DNA of 64,000 nucleotides from Octopus vulgaris (Eukaryota): NCBI GenBank assembly GCA_951406725.2, contig OX597823.1:72850001-72914000 (forward strand), written 5' to 3'. How positions within the stretch are numbered: the stretch's first letter is position 1; each line of letters opens with the position of its first letter. Made by a program: the position numbers and the translations under genes. Below are positions 1 to 15,099 of the stretch, piece after piece. The notes beneath the pieces are model-generated. The model saw only the letters and a program-made list of their open reading frames with translations, did no database searches and was not told where the DNA came from.

Positions 1-165
1 ACATATATCCATTCATAATGCAAGAATATATATGCATATATATCTGTACACACACAAACACACACACACACACACACATATAGATATGCACACGTATATA
101 TACATAATATATTCGTATACATTCATACATGCATTCATATACATATTTATACACGCACACTTATA

Positions 166-207
<42 letters not shown>

Positions 208-262
208 TGCATACAAACAAACACACGCACATATATATATATATATATGTACATGCATACAA

Positions 263-301
<39 letters not shown>

Positions 302-339
302 CATACATACATATATCTATATGTATATATATATATCTG

Positions 340-369
340 TATATAGATAGATAGACAGACAGACAGACG

Positions 370-453
<84 letters not shown>

Positions 454-1047
454 TCACAGTATTGCTATAGCTAAATAGCGAATGTTGTTTTGAAGCAGGA
501 GAGAAAGGGGGGAGAAAGAGAGAGAAAAAAAACAAGAGTGAGAGAGAGAATGGGACACAAAAGGAGGCATTGAAATGAAGATAGAAAATGTTGATCTGCA
601 GTACTTCTTATGCAGTATTTTACTGGGTCTTGGTGAGTAGAGGACGGAATGCGAAATTTCACTGGTCAACATAATACTGTATATCAAAATGTAGAAGCAT
701 TATATTGCAGGGATTTTATGCATTGGTTCGAATTTCATAATTCATGTAGAGTATATCGCATAGGAATAGAGCTAACAATCCATGATGATAGTGTTTATAA
801 TACCGTGATTAATAATTTTTTTTATATCTAACAACACAATAAAACAAGATTAATAATAACAATAATAATAATAATGATACCAACAATAATAATGGTGAGG
901 GTATCAAATTTTGGCAGAAAGCCAGTAATTTCAGGAAGGGGGTATGTTGATCGTATCGCCCCCAGTTTTTAACCGGAACTTATTTTATCGACCCTGATAA
1001 AATATGAATAGTGATAAAATCAACAGACAAATAGATTGATAGATAGC

Positions 1048-1117
<70 letters not shown>

Positions 1118-1322
1118 TACTCACAGACAGAATCGCAGCTATATGAATAGATATATAGATAGATAAATACTCCGACCGACGTACAGGCAGATAGGCAGAT
1201 ATAGAGGCAGACAAACAGAGGCATGCAGACAGGCAGACAGCCTGACAAACAGATAGATGGATAGATAGGTAGAAAGACAGACAGACAGATTGATAGATAG
1301 ATAGATAGATATATAGATATAT

Positions 1323-1368
<46 letters not shown>

Positions 1369-1433
1369 GTTGACAGACTGGTAGGTAGGTAGATAGATAA
1401 ACAGATAGACAGACAGATAGACAGACAGACAGT

Positions 1434-1475
<42 letters not shown>

Positions 1476-1500
1476 CATAGATAGATAGATAGATAGATAG
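340..1500. repeat. (AGAT)n/(AGAC)n tetranucleotide microsatellite arrays (340-452 and 1030-1500)
   Basis: Direct reading; explains the YLSI-repeat ORFs. Confidence 0.95.
900..1022 (-). mobile_element. Degraded 3' part of the Nin/Deu-like-core SINE family
   Basis: Reverse complement resembles GTCGATAAAATAAGT..CCAG and ..AAAATTTGA seen in better copies at 14019 and 62605. Confidence 0.6.
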
Positions 1501-2543
1501 ATGAGTCGTCGCATGGAATACTAGCTAATTATAATAAGAAACTTGAAATGAGAATCAACAATGGTGGAGTTGTGGCATTTATTGTTGTCGTTATCATTGC
1601 TGCCGTCTTGTAATTCCTTGTTTTGTATATCTATTTTAAAATATATATTAACGAAGACCTACAAATTTTATAATGAATGAAGCTATCAGTTTTCTTTATT
1701 AGGTATATTAACTGAAATCCGAAAGATGCAACATCACATTGCTTCGGAATAAACGAAGAAGGAAATTAATATAAGAGAAATACGGGTGGTTACATACTTT
1801 AACGGAAAAATATCGAGCTAAACGTGCTTGAGGAAGTAAGAAATGGTGATAAAAAAAAAAAGCACAGTTGTAAAAGAGATTGAAGAAATAAATGAGGGAG
1901 TGAAATGATAAGTGAACGAATATTTGAGTTGTAGAAATTTCGCTCCAACTACAACACTTGTATGGAAAAGACTTCCGCATGGATAGAATGTTGTATAGGG
2001 GAATTTTCACTGGAAACTAAAGACTAGATGTGGCAACTCGTTCGTGAGTCTTCAGCACAACGGCATGGTGTATGATGGTGGTGATGCTCTCGCTGCTGCA
2101 GCAGCAGAATCTAGTGGTGTTGATGATGATACTGATGATGATGATGATGATGGTGAGTGGTGGTTGTGTTGGTGTTGGTGTTGGTGGTGAGGGTAGTTAT
2201 GGTGGAGGTAGCGGTGGCTATTGTTGTAGATGTTGTTGTTGTTGTGGTGGTGGTGGTGATGGGGGTGGGGTGGGGTTGTTGACGACTACGATGACGACGA
2301 CGACGGTTAAGACGATGAAGGCGACGATGAAGACGAGGACGGCCGTGCAGCTATGTTACGACTACTATTGCTGGTACTGCCGCCACTGTTGATGTTGACG
2401 ATGATGATTATTTCAGGGACACTATAAACTACGACAACGATAATAATAATAATAATGATGAAGGAGATTATTACGATGGTATATCTAACACGAATGTCAT
2501 AAATTGAAATTATTTTCTGCGAAACAAAATAATATTATTAGTG

Positions 2544-2618
<75 letters not shown>

Positions 2619-2917
2619 TGACTTTAAGAAGAATGAATTCTCTAACTGAAAATTTTGCGATGCTCATGCCTCTCCTTTACTAGGGTACTACTACTGGCTC
2701 CAGCCGGGAATGGAAACCGGATTTGCGGAATACGTTCACCGAGATTTTATCGCAGCATCTTTGCGCTCGCCAGACAGTAATGATAATAATGCTCGTTGTT
2801 TATCATTCTGATATGGGGTACTACTAATGATGTGGCGATAATGAGATTGACGAAGACAACATCATCATCATCATCACTATCAACAACAACAACAACAACA
2901 ACAATAGTAATAATAGT

Positions 2918-2958
<41 letters not shown>

Positions 2959-3108
2959 AATTCTTACCTTATCGTTTCCAGAAATGTTATACCGAAGGTT
3001 TGTATAAAAAATTGATGAACATACAACATAAATAAATTTTACTATGGAAATATCCTTTGCACTTGCTTTGACTTTGAAGTGATTTCGCTTGCGATATTTG
3101 GCATAAAG

Positions 3109-3170
<62 letters not shown>

Positions 3171-3498
3171 TAGTATATGATATATGATATTTATATATAC
3201 ATATATATCAATATACATACATACATAGAATATATGTATGTGTGTATATATATACGATGTATATGTGTATCCTTGTATGTTATATCATATATAATCTGCT
3301 AAGTAAACCGAATGTTGACAATTGAGAAGAAATAAAGTAGGATGGAGGAAGCACCGAAATCCTTTCAATTTATAATAGAGTAAAATCCTGCTTGATTTTC
3401 GTGGAAAGTCTCTTGCCATGTGATTGCTACTGAATCTTCTTGTAAAAATATAATCCGAACCAGCGTTATTTGTCATAGGCAGGAACCGCTGCTATTAA

Positions 3499-3542
<44 letters not shown>

Positions 3543-3568
3543 ATATTATATATGTATATTATATATAC

Positions 3569-3620
<52 letters not shown>

Positions 3621-3635
3621 ATATATATATATATG

Positions 3636-3689
<54 letters not shown>

Positions 3690-4478
3690 TTTAATATACT
3701 AGGGGGAGAAATTCGTTAATTACTCATATTGTTTTTGTTCTTGTGAAGGTTGAGTAAGTTTTTTTTTTTTCTTTAGAATTGCGTCAACATGATCTCTTTC
3801 TTTTCTGGTCGCTTTAATTTAAATTTTTTTTTTTTATCTTTTAAGGTGGGGTGCGCTCGCTGGCTTTGAAGTCTTTTGGAAATAATTATTTCATCTTGTA
3901 TGACACCGCATTGCAACAAATTACCGTGTTGATAGCGGGTGTTTTCTTGTCTACGTTCTCTGTTGTTTCTTCTTCTTTCTTTTTTTCTTTCTTCAGCAGA
4001 AAAACAACAACAGAAGCAACAAAAACAACGAAAATAATTATGAACCCACCCTTTAAACCGAAGAGAGTCAAGCACCGCTCCTCAGCGGCACACACCACAC
4101 ACACACACACACACACCACCTCTCTTAACGCCACCGACACAAACCAACTTTGGAGCTTCTGCTACCACAGCGAACTACCAACAACACCAACACCAGCCAC
4201 ATCCTCGCCGCCGTCACCTCCGCTGCCGACTCTACCATCGCCGTCAACACCACTGCTGCCACTCTCTCCTTTTTTGCCATCAACACCGACACATCCTCTA
4301 TCACCAGGCCCATCGCCTGCATCATCGTAATCTTCATCGCTGTCATTGTCATCAGAGTTATTATTTATTATTGTTATTATTATTTTTATCTTATGCTTTT
4401 GTTATTGGTCCTTGTAGTATTTCCTGGTTCGTTGCCCTTTTGGCAAATAATAATAATAATGATAATAATAATAAAAAA

Positions 4479-4525
<47 letters not shown>

Positions 4526-4639
4526 CTAACAATAATAATATTTGTTTCTAACAATAATTTTTTTATTTACAGCAACACCAACAACAACGGTAACAAAACA
4601 ACAGTAAAATGATAATAATAATAATAATAACAATAATAC

Positions 4640-4697
<58 letters not shown>

Positions 4698-5016
4698 GTA
4701 ATAATAATAATGATGATGATGATGATATTGATGACAATAATAAATTTGTCTATAGGAATTTATTTTGTCTTTTTACTTCATATTTGTTTTGATATTATTT
4801 ATATTAATTAAAAATTGCCTAATTAAAATCATAATTGTTGCTGTTATTGCAGTCGATGCTTTCTTTAATCTTTGTTGCTGCTGTAGTATAGTTTGTTATT
4901 ATATTTGCTCTTGCTAGTGTCAATGAAACTCCTACCAGTAATATGCAGGGAACAATTAATTTTGATGTGTGTGTGTATACATATATATATATATATATAT
5001 ATACGCTCACACACAC

Positions 5017-5116
<100 letters not shown>

Positions 5117-6449
5117 TCTCTTTGGTAAAAGCTCTCCCTGGATCACTTTCTATGTATTTTGATTTAAGATTAGTCCTCCTTTCTTTTCCCCGTCTTCTTC
5201 TTACTCTTCTTTTTCTTCCATTTTACTGTTGTTTTTCTTATTATCTGTTCCCTCCACCTCCGACTCCCACTCATTCGGCTGCCCCTTCTATTTTTCTATT
5301 TCTTTTCTTCCTCCGCCTCACCTACGGATCTCCCCCATTGACCACCGTGCAGATAGCTAAACCAACAGACACACGGTTCGGCAAAACCGCCTTGCCGCAT
5401 CTCTTAATGATCCATGTCTTTAAGCTGGTCGGCTGCATAGTCGTTGAATATACGTTGACTAACTTATTGAGGTGCGGAGTTTGCGTGTTGGTGGGCTACA
5501 GATTCTTTCCTTAAACGTAGCCTCACCACAACCAACTCGGCCATACCAAATATGTTACAACATCAACGAACATATCGACATATACATACAAGTAACACAG
5601 CACACCCTCTTTTCACTTCTCTTACTATATCTTCATTTTAATCAGATAGTGTCTATCTTTGTTTCTATCTGCAAATATGTATTTATGAGTGACCGCACGT
5701 TTAGATTTATAAGTAATTTTGGACGTATCTATGTTTTGTGCATATATATGCACGCATGCATTTGTGCATGTATGTCTTTCCTTTAGCTAATACATCTACA
5801 TATGTATCGCCATTCAGTAGTATCTCTGTAGTATATTTTTGCCTGCATGCCTGTCTGTCCTTTCTCTTACACCCTCTCCGTGTCTCTCTCATTTTCTCTC
5901 CCTCTCGCACTCTTTCCTATTCTTTCTATCTCAACCTTTGGTTCTATGGCGTTTGTTTCAGCGAGAGTATTTGAGAAAGTGTGAAGAACGTAAAGGCAGA
6001 TAGAGTAGAGCTAGCTAGACGCTAGTAGCACTAGTTATTACGATGTCAACCAATAGTCGCAGCTGTAAAACTGAATCTCTTTATATAGTCTTATAGATGT
6101 ACCTAGCTTAAATGAATGAGAATTTTGTATATACGCCAACAGACACATGTATACATATTTACAGCTTTATATATATGTGCGTATGTTTACGCACACACAC
6201 GGATATATATATATATATGCATGTATTTATATATACATGCATATACATTTATTCATATACGTACACATATGCATATATTTATGCACATTGTCTACAAGTA
6301 CATGCATATATTTGTGTGTGTGTATATATAAGTGTGTGCATACATATAAGCAGATATATGTAGGCATATATGTGTACATATACATATTTATTTGTATATA
6401 TATTTTGCGTGTGTGTGTTTGCATATATATGCATACTTTTGTATGCATA

Positions 6450-6492
<43 letters not shown>

Positions 6493-7207
6493 TTGAGAGA
6501 CAATTATTTAATCTTAAATATATATTTTACATAAGTCGTATATATATATATATATATATATATTCATATATATATGTGTTTATGTATATATATATGTGTG
6601 TGTGTGTATGTGTGTGTATATGTGTGTATGACTAGTATAGGCACATATAGTAGAGATATAAATATTATATAACATATTTAAAATGTACATTTGGGTATGT
6701 GTTTATTATCTACGTACACAGTTGAGAACACTTGTACACACACGCACGCGCACATGTACATCCCACACCCTATATATGAGTGTTGATGTGTGTTTGAGTA
6801 AGTGTGTGTGTATGTGTGTGTGTGTGTGTGTGTGCGTGTGTGTGTAATTCATTCGTAACGATTTTGATTGGATAATTTGCTATTATCATGTTTAGGTAAC
6901 CCAAAGCAATCAATATAATTACACCGCAGGATTTCTTTTAGCATGGGCACAAACAATTGCTCAACTGTAAAATAAATATATATAACGGATGTTTCTTGGC
7001 AGAGGTTAAGTATTCTACCACTGATGAGGCTCTAACAAGTTAGAAACTGATCATATACATCACATGTAATCAGCCCGCATGAAAAAAGAAAACTTTCTCT
7101 TATTTTACTCATTGAAAAGGTGAAACAGGCATGTTCCATAAAAACACACACAGAGCAAAGACTTACAAATGCATGTATACATATAAGAAAATATGTATAT
7201 ATGCATG

Positions 7208-7312
<105 letters not shown>

Positions 7313-7363
7313 GTAACAATATATAAGAATATATATGTATACAGACATATATATATATATATA

Positions 7364-7425
<62 letters not shown>

Positions 7426-7593
7426 GATGAAAGATTTCCTACAGCGTAGGGCCTACACTATACATATATATATATACATATATATATTTAAATACACACA
7501 CATACACACACGCACATACACACACACATACACACACGCACATACACACACACATACACACACACACACACACACATACACACACACACACAT

Positions 7594-7649
<56 letters not shown>

Positions 7650-8308
7650 ATGGCCACAAGAAGCACTACAAACAGCACCTACATTACTATCAAGCTATAT
7701 ATCACTTCTATAAAAAAAATAAAGGCGGCGATTTAGTTTAGATAATTATATCAAAGTTTTAAAATCTATCGCAACTTTATTGAAGTATTTACCGCTTTCA
7801 GTATTTCATACGATTGATGTTGATATTAGGAATAAAATATATGAGCAAAGATATCCGGATATATTACGGAATATCATTAGCTATCGAGACTGGATGAATT
7901 GCCAAAGAGAAATTGACTGTTGTCAGAGAGGCGACGGACTTAAACTTATCCTCTGTAAAATACTGACACTCAACTAGATGTATTGTGTACTTTGCCCCTT
8001 TTGTAAACACAAACGGTTATCAATATACGCACATGCACGCACAGCGCTCACGCACGCACACAAATACTAACACAAACAATCATACAATCACATGTGTATA
8101 TGTGCATGTGTATGGAAGTATGTATGTGTATACGAGTGTGTGTGTGTGTGTGTGTGTGTATCTATGTACCTCTGTCTGTGCGCGTGCATGTGGGTAAATA
8201 CTGACGATGGTGAGAGTGTGTATGCATATATATGTGTATATATATTTATATGTATATATATATATACACATATATATGAATATATATGTATATATATAAT
8301 ATTTATAA

Positions 8309-8344
<36 letters not shown>

Positions 8345-8356
8345 GCACACACATAG

Positions 8357-8422
<66 letters not shown>

Positions 8423-8479
8423 GCACACACATAGACACACATATATATATTTATATATATATATATATATATACACACG

Positions 8480-8538
<59 letters not shown>

Positions 8539-8819
8539 ATGAAAGATTTCCTACAGTGCAGGGCCTACACTTAACTTGTTACATAGGAGAATATATATTT
8601 TAATATTATTATATCCTAGTATAACTGAAACATTAAGAACAATATGTGTTTCTGCAGAGAGGGAGAGAGAGGTGGGAGGGAGCAGAAAGAGTCGTGCTGA
8701 GAAAACGTAAGTAGATAGATAGATAGATGGATGGATAGTTGGATACATACACACCTTCGTACGTAGTAGATACACAAATATTTACAAACACAATGTGATG
8801 TGTATATATGCATGTATAT

Positions 8820-8954
<135 letters not shown>

Positions 8955-10118
8955 TATATATGTATATATATATAGAGAGAGAGAGAGGGTAGAAAAGAAA
9001 GAGAGAGCTAGAGCGATATTCATAAAATAATATGCGTAAATAGGTTTGTGTTTTTGTAAATGTGAATATATACACGCATAAGCACTGACAAACACATACA
9101 CACTCACATATAAAGATATATATGCATGTGGGCATTCACGTCTGCGGGCTATGGTATAGGGTAATGAAATAGAAAATAATTCTGTTATCAATACGGGTCG
9201 TAACATCTCCATTATCATCTTCCTAATCATCAGTAGAAGCAGTTTCAGTATCAACAGCATCGTAATCATACACACCAGGCTGTTGTTCGGAACACTAATA
9301 TACGGGTAGCTGCATTTAATATGTAGTTTTCAGTGAAGATTCCTCTCTACAATGTAATATCGATGCGGAAGTCGATACCGGTGAAGTGTGGTAATTCGAA
9401 TTGAAAGCTCCGTTGTTTCACGGGTTTGTTAACATTGCTTTCCACAACTTCAGGTTTTTGCTATTTTCCTGCATGAGATAAGTACCTTATGCTATATTTT
9501 AATGATCACTATTTCTTTTTTTATTTTACTATTTAGCCATTGGTCAACAGAATCAGGATTAAATGCCTTTCAATCATGACCATATGTTCCCTTCTCAGTA
9601 TCAGTGGCTGAATTATCTAATGCAATTTCACTTATGTCGTGTAGTATTCGATTCGGAGAAGAATATTTCACTGCTATTTCTAGAACAGCCAAACAGATTC
9701 TTGCTGTTTTTCTTGCCGTTGGTTGCAGCTTCATTATCATTTTTATTTATATACTTGAGACCAGTAGTCTCAATGGTTACATGTTTCAAACCAGTCAATT
9801 ATTGGTTAAATGTACTGCTTATGGTGAATTTGAGAAGTACCTCTGCACTCGGCATTTTGAAAGCTTATTTGTCAGCAAAATGGCTCACGTTACAGTTACG
9901 AAACGTTTGCTCCAAATTTTGATAGATAAGTGCGGAATGCTACAGGCTAAAGTGTTAGGTGTGGCATCATGTTTTGAGAGACATTAGGCTTGCATGAATG
10001 ACTGTCCCTGCTAAATCGTCCTCATACACTGCAGCTTCAAAGTTGCTTTCATTACTTCTGAGATTTCGTGCAGCACAGTGAAACCTATTGTTGAAAGCTT
10101 CAGATTCGGGTTTTATAT

Positions 10119-10169
<51 letters not shown>

Positions 10170-10328
10170 GCGCACACACACACACAGAAATACATACACA
10201 CATACAAACTCACACATACACACGCATACATACATATATGTATGTGTGTGTTTGTGTATTTACGGTCAATATTTGAAGTGCATTTAACTGGTGGTAGTTT
10301 TATTAGTTATTTTACCACTTTATGTGAA

Positions 10329-10650
10329 GGCGCGTGGCTTAGTGGTTAGGGCATTCAGCTCACGATCGTAAGGTCGTGAGTTCAATTCCCGGCGACGCGT
10401 TGTGTCCTTGATCAAGGTACTTTATTTCACGTTGCTCCAGTCCAATCAGCTGGCAAAAATGAGTTGTACTTGTATTTCAAAGGGCCGGCCTTGTCACATT
10501 CTGTATCACGCTGAATATCCCTGAGAACTACGTTAGGGGTGACGTGTCTGTGTATTGCTCAGTCACTTGCACGTTAATTTCACGAGCAAGATGTTCCCTT
10601 CATCGTATCAGCTGTGACCCTCGTCGTCGTAACCGACGGAGTGCTCCTTT
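10329..10650 (+). mobile_element. Full-length tRNA-derived SINE (family 1, CORE/Meta-like centre)
   Basis: A box TGGCTTAGTGG, B box GAGTTCAATTCCC, then TTGTGTCCTTGATCAAGGTACTTT centre; related copies at 30325, 51039 and 56680. Confidence 0.85.
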
Positions 10651-10754
10651 GCCACTTGAATTCCAAGAAGCTGGATTTCCCTTCAGATTTATCTCCGATA
10701 TTTTTTGAAAAGTAAAATAGTAATATATATCCTAAAATGAAAATTGTTGACAAC

Positions 10755-10886
10755 TGCTTCCCAACCACCTGGTTCCGGGTTCAGTCCCAGTGCGTGGCAC
10801 CTTCGCTATGTATCTTTTACTATAGCCTCGGGCCGACCAAAGCCTTGTGAGTAGATTTGGTAGACCGAAAGTGAAAGAAGACCGTC

Positions 10887-10939
<53 letters not shown>

Positions 10940-11468
10940 ATCCAAACAAGGAAACACAAAAAAACACAGCAACGCTAGGACGTGGAACAAATAAATATTA
11001 TTGGACGCTCAGGAATGAAGGGAAGAAGGAGGGCTTAACGTTTCGAGCGGAGCTCTTCGTCGGAAACAAAGGAGAAGGAAATATCCCGAGAAGGGAAGAC
11101 AGGAAAAAAAATTGCTGGCGGTGCGCACGACGTGTGTGTGTGTGTGATTGTGTGTGTGTGTATGTGTGTGTGTTTGTGCGTGTGCGAGTGCGTGTGTGTA
11201 TATGTGTGTATATGTGTGTCTATGTGTGTTTATTTATGTGTGTGTGTATTCGTATCTGTGTTTGTTCCCACCATGGCTTGAGAAACGATATCCGTGTGTG
11301 TATGTTCCCGCAACCAAGCGTTTCGGCAAAAAACAACTGATAGAATAAGTACTAGGCTTACAAGGAATAAGTCCCGGAGTTGATTTGTTCGACAAGAACA
11401 ATTTAAGGTGGTGCTCCAGCAAGGATTCGGTCAAATGATTGAACCAATTAAAAGAATAAAAGAATAAA
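10755..11468 (+). mobile_element. 5'-truncated tRNA-derived SINE (family 2), split by an insertion in its internal (TA)n/(TG)n tract
   Basis: Both halves are colinear with the uninterrupted copy at 35765-36105; ends in (AAAAGAAT)n. Confidence 0.8.
11033..11067 (-). ncRNA. Minimal type-I hammerhead motif (U4C variant) in a Penelope-type terminal-repeat fragment (10936-11131)
   Basis: GTTT-CCGACGA-A-GAGC-TCC-GCTC-GAA-ACGT-T-AAGC: stems I and II pair, stem III is the palindrome ACGT. Confidence 0.65.
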
Positions 11469-12042
11469 ATAACTTTCAACTAACCTAGTAGAGAATTCGC
11501 AATTAAACTTCCAAAATGAGTTTGTCCGTTTAGCAAATTTAAACATATACAGATTTAGTCTACTTATTTCAACTTTACACGGAAATTGATCCTCCTAACC
11601 CGCTAAATATAATTCAGCTAATATTCATATCACACGCCGATGAAATTACGTTGCTCTAACTCAATGACCATACAATTGTAATTGTTTATCAAAGGTTACT
11701 ATTTATCATTTTAACGCTTGAAAATCCCAGCAGCTCTAAAGTTTATAAGAATCTCCCAGAAATTTTATTCGCATGGATATTCCTTTAGAAATGCTATACA
11801 GAAATTGAAAAGTGTAAAATTCTTGGTTATAGAAATTAGTAAATAAAAAATACATTTCGTTACATGTAATGAATATCTAAGGTAAACCAAGCTAATAATT
11901 TTCTTAGATGACCATTATTAAATAAACGTTCTGAATTCATTGACACGTAGCATAATGATTTCAATGATTCCTTGAATCTAATCCTTGCAAAGCAAAATGA
12001 ATTTTTCCCGTAACGTATAATGCTCACATATAGTAGTAATCA

Positions 12043-12555
<513 letters not shown>

Positions 12556-12940
12556 CTTTGCACAGCTTCTATCGCTGGAGAGGTACTACAGTGCCAGCTG
12601 TTCACTACCAGTTAACTAAGAGTAACACCTCTTATTTTTCGAGCACCTTCCGTAGTATTCGAGCGGTTCTAATCAGTGCTGTTTTCTGCAAGTGCTCCAC
12701 CCCCATTGCAGCCCCTATTTGTTCCACGAACTCACTCGAGATTTTTGCTCTCTGTCCCCAGAGCTCCAACAATTATTGGTACTACTGCTATCTTTTTCAT
12801 CGATCACAACTGCTTAACTTTAACTCGATTTTTCTTTCTTCCTTATCGCATACCTTGTAGTCAGCTGGGCATGCTATATCTATGGTCCAACATGGTTTGT
12901 TTTCTTTCTCAATTACAACCATGTCTAGTGGAGATTTCAC
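12556..12940 (-). mobile_element. 5'-truncated R4/Dong-like LINE, endonuclease end
   Basis: Translates WTIDIACP..VVPIIVGALG..LQKTALIRTARILRKVLEK*, then an (AAC)/(AAT)n tail. Confidence 0.8.
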
Positions 12941-14018
12941 TTTGGGTTAGGATTGTATTCATTCTATCAGTAACGACGTCTGTATTATATTCTGTGCGGT
13001 TTTACGTGATTTTGGAGACATGCTTTGTGATGTGCTATTTTTGTTGGATTGTAGCCCGTTATTTGTAGGTTGATAGGTGGGTGTTTTTGTTTCAGTGTGT
13101 ATATTTTACATGTGTTTGTCTATTTGGGCTTTTGGAAATTATTGCAGAGTATATCATCGGACGTTTGCAAATGTGTTTTGCGTAATGTTTATCCTTATAA
13201 CTTTTGTTATTTTTCTTCCATATTTTATGTTTCTGTTATTATTCCTGTCTTGTTTTAGATATAGTGTTGCAGTTCAGATTGCATGCAATACTTTCATGTA
13301 GTCGTCATTTGTCGATCGTTCTCTTTCGTTTTGTTTATCGTTTGGGCAATTGCATTAGGAGATGAGACAGTCTGGTCAGTGTTACTTTCTGACAGAATAC
13401 CGCCTCTGGACGTGTACTAAGGGTTCTTTCGCATCGTGATAGCCTGGCGGATCCCTTATCAAAATAACCCTCTATTTTTACCTGATATTTTTCTTACCAA
13501 ACATAACCGCTTTTTATCCCCTGTGTTTAAAATGAAGCGTGTTGCATATTTTGTCAAATTTATCTAAATACTGCATATTCGATGCTTGTTCTGTTCACAA
13601 GTGTGTGAATTGTGTAAATATTATATTTGCTGATGTATAAGCAAGAAGCAGTAGATTGTATATGTCTGTAAATGGGAATGAATGTGATTTTCGGATTCAC
13701 AGTTTTGTTATATACGAATCTCGTAGTTCCTCGTGATTTTGTGATTTTGTGATTTCACGCACATGTTTTGCTGTGATACGATATCTAGCAGAAATAATGC
13801 TTCATATATCAGAGAAATCTTTCGGTTTATTGAAATGAGTTATAATGAAAGGTAATTTTCTTTCGTTTTCTAGCAGTTTATTGAAACCAATTTGGCGATG
13901 ATTTAAGATTATATTTTTCTTCTAAGAGGACTCATTGATGCACGACCCTTATGTTCTCGCACGTCATAGACCTTATAGCTATTATCATCGTTGTTGTTGT
14001 TGTGGTTGTTGTTATTAA

Positions 14019-14220
14019 AGCGGCGAGATGACAGACTTTTAGTGCATTACAGTATTGCGTCGTCTTTACGTTATGAGTTCAAATTCCGCCGAGGTCGTCT
14101 TAACCTTTCATCATTTCGCGGTCGATAAATTAAGTACCAGTTGAGTACTGGGGCCTATGTAATCGACTTAACCCCTCTCCCCAAATTTCAGGCCTTCTGC
14201 CTAAAGTAGAAGGGATTATT
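14019..14220 (+). mobile_element. tRNA-derived SINE with Nin/Deu-like core (family 3)
   Basis: B box GAGTTCAAATTCC, core GCCGAGGTCG..CCTTTCATC..GGTCGATAAATTAAGTACCAG, (ATT)n tail. Confidence 0.85.
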
Positions 14221-14241
14221 AGTATTATCATTATTATTATT

Positions 14242-14465
14242 GTTTTGAGTCTCGCTGTTCTCTTTGCGGTTGTTCTTTACTTGAAGGCAGGCAATAACAA
14301 AATCACCAAAGTTTTCAAGTAGTCCCTTCCCCTGTGACTCAAAGAGAAATACCCTCCTTAGAATGCGAGTTGTACTCAACGTTTCTGTCTTCTGGATTAC
14401 TTCGAGCCTGACAGCAGCTCCAATGTTCTTAATATGTTTCTCAAAGCTCCTGGAAACTGCTCACA
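14242..14465 (-). mobile_element. Short 3' fragment of an R4/Dong-like LINE
   Basis: SFEKHIKNIGAAVRLEVIQKT..STTRILRRV followed by an (AAT)n tail. Confidence 0.7.
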
Positions 14466-14506
14466 GCCTTAAAAGGCCTCACAGCCTTAATAATAATAAC
14501 AACAAC

Positions 14507-14574
<68 letters not shown>

Positions 14575-14587
14575 CAACAATAATAAT

Positions 14588-14799
14588 GGCTTCAAATTTT
14601 GCCACATGGACAAACATTTTGGGGGAGGAGATGAGTCGATTACATCGACACCAATGTTTTACTGGTACTTAATTTATTGACCCTGAAGCGATAAAAAGCA
14701 ATATCGACTTCAGCGGAATTTGAACTTGCAACGTAAATATGGACGAAATACCGTTAAGGATTTCACCTGGCGTGCTAACGAATCTACTAGCCAACCAGC
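14588..14799 (-). mobile_element. SINE family 3 copy
   Basis: Reverse complement is colinear with 14019-14220. Confidence 0.8.
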
Positions 14800-15068
14800 A
14801 TGATAATAATCTTATAATAATTCTGCCTGTCATTGCGTTACTTAGACTGTCGGCAATGTTCTCACGTGATTAGAGAAGGTCGGAGAACGGCAAGAGGGAG
14901 AGAAAAGAATAAGGCGAAGATTGAGACAGAGAGCGAAAGAAAACAAGAGAAAAAAAGAGGGAGAGAGAAGAGAGAGATAGAAGCGTCCGTGACGTGAGGT
15001 AGGGGAATGTAAATACTTTAGCGCAGGGGTGATGTTCTAATGATGATGTTGAAGAAAGGTAGAGAGGG

Positions 15069-15099
<31 letters not shown>

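Noticed and set aside
3902-3943. Imperfect hairpin GACACCGC..GCGGGTGTT in non-repetitive sequence, considered as a pre-miRNA
   Set aside because: Only about 42 nt with several bulges; no match to a miRNA I recognise
7016-7056. CTGATGA..GAAACTGATC hammerhead-like string
   Set aside because: Stem I does not pair and stems II and III are poor
9563-10100. Overlapping 119 and 127 aa ORFs, and a YEDDLA string on the minus strand
   Set aside because: No further RT or family motifs; cannot be assigned
13000-13960. Possible very old Penelope RT remnant (SDDIL, KTPTY on the minus strand)
   Set aside because: Motifs too short and degraded to support without a profile search
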